Below are positions 61,900 to 64,000 of a DNA stretch of 64,000 nucleotides, piece after piece. How positions within the stretch are numbered: the stretch's first letter is position 1; the number at the start of each line of letters is the position of its first letter. The position numbers and the translations under genes were made by a program. The notes beneath the pieces were generated by a model. The model was not told where the DNA came from. It made no database searches and saw nothing but the letters and a program-made list of their open reading frames with translations. Source of the DNA: Roseomonas sp. (GTDB lineage: Bacteria > Pseudomonadota > Alphaproteobacteria > Acetobacterales > Acetobacteraceae); contig JADCFA010000019.1 of the NCBI GenBank assembly GCA_020249775.1, forward strand, positions 27,463 to 91,462. The letters run 5' to 3'.

Positions 61900-63885
61900 A
61901 TGCGTCGCTTGACCCTTGCCCTTACGCTGATTGCCCCTGCTGCGCTTGCGGCTGAAATGCCGGTTCGTGGCGTCACGCTTTCTTCCGCCGGCATTGCGCA
62001 GATTGAACGCGCCGGCGAAGTGGCGGCTGATCAGCCGGTCGTGTTTCGCGCGCCGCTTGGTGATGTTGATGATCTCTTGCGATCGCTCATGATCCTTGAT
62101 CCCGCTGGCCGGGTTGAGGGCCTTAGCCTGCCAGCGCGGGATTTGTTGAATGAGGCATTTCGTGGCCTGCCACTCCGCCCCGCGGATTTCGAAAACCGCG
62201 TGAGCCTCTTGAATGCTTTGCGTGGCCAGGAGGCTGAGGCCGCGGGGGCGCGCGGGCGCATTGCCGCCGCAGCGGAGACCGAGGCCGGGCTGCATCTTTC
62301 GCTCATTGGGCCGCGTGGCTTGCTCTCGGTGCTCCTGAAATCGGGTGATGAGGTCACACTGACCGACCCTGCCCTGGCGGCGCGTGTGGCGCGCGCGGCG
62401 GAAGCACTCGCGGCAGCGCGCAGCGATGATGAAAGGCGCATCGAAATCCGCCTGAGGTCTGATCGCGCGCGGCAGGTGGCGGTGATCTATATTGCCGGTG
62501 CGCCGCTTTGGAAGCCTTCTTATCGGCTGATGGCGCCGGCGCTCGGTGCAACGGGTGGGCAGGCGCGGTTGATGGGCTGGGCCGTGGTGGAAAATGCCTC
62601 CGGCAGTGATTGGGACGGGGTGCGGGTTTCGCTGGTGTCGGACGACGCTGCGGCATTTCGCCAGCCGATTTTCGAACCCATCACCGTGCCGCGCCCTGAA
62701 TTGCCGGTGCGCATTGCGGAAGCCATTCGCGTGCGGCCCGATACTGGCCCGATGCCTATGGTAGCAGCAGCAGCGCCGATGATGGAGCCGCCGCCCGCAC
62801 CGGCCCCTGCACCGCGCGCCGCCATGCGTGTGGAAGCTGCGCCAGCGCCACTTGCCGTGAATGTTGCGGCGGAAGCCGCTGCCGGGCGCGTCGCCTTCAC
62901 CCTTGAACAGCCCGTCAGCATCCGCAGCGGAGAGACCGCCAACCTGCCCTTCCTTGATCTCAATCTGCCAGCGGAACGGCTTTGGTGGGTGCAGAATGTG
63001 CTGGCCACGCATCCGTTGCAGGCGCTGCGCTTCCGCAACACCTCCAACCACGTGCTGCCCGATGGGCTGGTCACGGTTTATGGTGGGCCGGATGCGCCGA
63101 GCTTTCTCGGTGATGCCGAAATGCGCGCGCTATCACCGGGCGACCAACGTCTGATCGCCTTCGCGCGGGATCGTGATCTGCGCATGACCAGTCAATACAG
63201 CAGCCGAGACGACATTACGCGTATCAGCCTTCGACGTGGTTTCATCACCCTTGAGTCAAAGCGCATCGAAGAAACCACCATCGCGATTGATCCGCGCGGC
63301 ACAAGCGGCGTGATGGTGATTGACCTGCCGCGTCCCCCGGGTGCTACGCCGCGCTTCCCGGTGGCGGCGGAAGGTGAATTTGGCCTGCGTCATGAAACGC
63401 GCCTGGAAGCACAAGCCAAGACCATCCGGCTTGGCTTTGAACGTGACCAGCGCCGGGATGTATCGCTCTGGGATCAGGGCCTTGGCGATCCGCTCCTACT
63501 GCAACCGGCGCAGTTCGATCTTGAGGCGTCGCTCCGCCGCCTTCCCGGCGGGCCGGGTTCGGTTGAGGGCTTGCAGGAAATCCTCTCCCGCACCGGCGCC
63601 GATGTGCCGGGGCGCGATGTGCTGGCCTCCACCATCACCGCACTTCAGCAAATCCGCGTTTTGCTTGATGCCGCACGCCTTGCCGCACGCGAAGCACGCT
63701 CCGCTGATCAGGCGCTGGCCCGCGCCCGTCAGGCGGTGGAAGATCGCACCGGTGGGGAACAGCAGGCCGCGCGTCAGCGGCTGAATGCCGCCAGCCGAGA
63801 GGCCGAGGCGACAGGCGCCGCATCAAGCCGCGCCTTTGAAGCCTGGCAGCGTGCGGTGATTGCGCTACTGCAACAGGGTAGCTGA
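61900..63885 (+). CDS. secreted hypothetical protein with a central Pro/Ala-rich linker (DUF4139-like, low confidence on the family)
   Basis: It has the signal peptide MRRLTLALTLIAPAALAAE, a low-complexity linker AAAAPMMEPPPAPAPAPRAA and a C-terminal coiled-coil-like Ala/Arg-rich tail. Confidence 0.7.
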   Translation: MRRLTLALTLIAPAALAAEMPVRGVTLSSAGIAQIERAGEVAADQPVVFRAPLGDVDDLLRSLMILDPAGRVEGLSLPARDLLNEAFRGLPLRPADFENRVSLLNALRGQEAEAAGARGRIAAAAETEAGLHLSLIGPRGLLSVLLKSGDEVTLTDPALAARVARAAEALAAARSDDERRIEIRLRSDRARQVAVIYIAGAPLWKPSYRLMAPALGATGGQARLMGWAVVENASGSDWDGVRVSLVSDDAAAFRQPIFEPITVPRPELPVRIAEAIRVRPDTGPMPMVAAAAPMMEPPPAPAPAPRAAMRVEAAPAPLAVNVAAEAAAGRVAFTLEQPVSIRSGETANLPFLDLNLPAERLWWVQNVLATHPLQALRFRNTSNHVLPDGLVTVYGGPDAPSFLGDAEMRALSPGDQRLIAFARDRDLRMTSQYSSRDDITRISLRRGFITLESKRIEETTIAIDPRGTSGVMVIDLPRPPGATPRFPVAAEGEFGLRHETRLEAQAKTIRLGFERDQRRDVSLWDQGLGDPLLLQPAQFDLEASLRRLPGGPGSVEGLQEILSRTGADVPGRDVLASTITALQQIRVLLDAARLAAREARSADQALARARQAVEDRTGGEQQAARQRLNAASREAEATGAASSRAFEAWQRAVIALLQQGS

Positions 63886-63889
63886 CCGC

Positions 63890-64000
63890 CTATTCAGGCT
63901 TCACACCCGCAGCGCGCAGCACGGCGGCGCTGCGCGCCAATTCTTCGCGCACATAAGCGCCGAAGGCTGCGGTGGTTGCGTATTGCGGTTCGATTTCGAC
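63890..64000 (-). CDS. 3' end of a third Bug/TctC-family substrate-binding protein, truncated by the window edge
   Basis: My translation of the minus strand is VEIEPQYATTAAFGAYVREELARSAAVLRAAGVKPE*. This is a typical TctC C-terminus. Confidence 0.6.
   Translation of the reverse strand, partial: VEIEPQYATTAAFGAYVREELARSAAVLRAAGVKPE

Noticed and set aside
61789-63051. 420-aa ORF antisense to the secreted protein gene
   Set aside because: Its translation is extremely Arg/His/Gly-rich. The plus-strand ORF has a signal peptide and coherent composition.

Overview
This is a high-GC chromosomal window of alphaproteobacterial type, and it is almost fully coding. All homology calls below come from reading motifs by eye. 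No database search was run.

Gene content, in order:
- Start of window: the end of the dcw cell-division cluster (murC-murB-ddl-ftsQ-ftsA-ftsZ).
- azlCD, then a giant 1504-aa SF1 helicase, manC and a tRNA-Gly(CCC).
- rnhA-thrB-ispH, dnaK-dnaJ and a zinc-uptake module.
- atpHAGDC, ilvC, sugE and puuE.
- The leucine-catabolism genes ivd-mccB-mccA, then lutBC-smr-xre-benE.
- A block of small-acid catabolic genes and three orphan Bug/TctC binding proteins.

Only one segment is clearly foreign. It is a roughly 2.7 kb low-GC islet (about 16.3-19.05 kb) wedged between tRNA-Gly and rnhA. It encodes an intact patatin-like phospholipase that is translationally coupled to a CD-NTase/SMODS-type nucleotide cyclase with an extra C-terminal domain. 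This looks like a minimal type I CBASS-like anti-phage module.

The cyclase is interrupted by one in-frame TAA at 17942..17944. A second accessory gene, a secreted dienelactone-hydrolase-like protein, carries an in-frame TAG at 55886..55888.

No CRISPR array, rRNA gene, transposase or integrase was seen.
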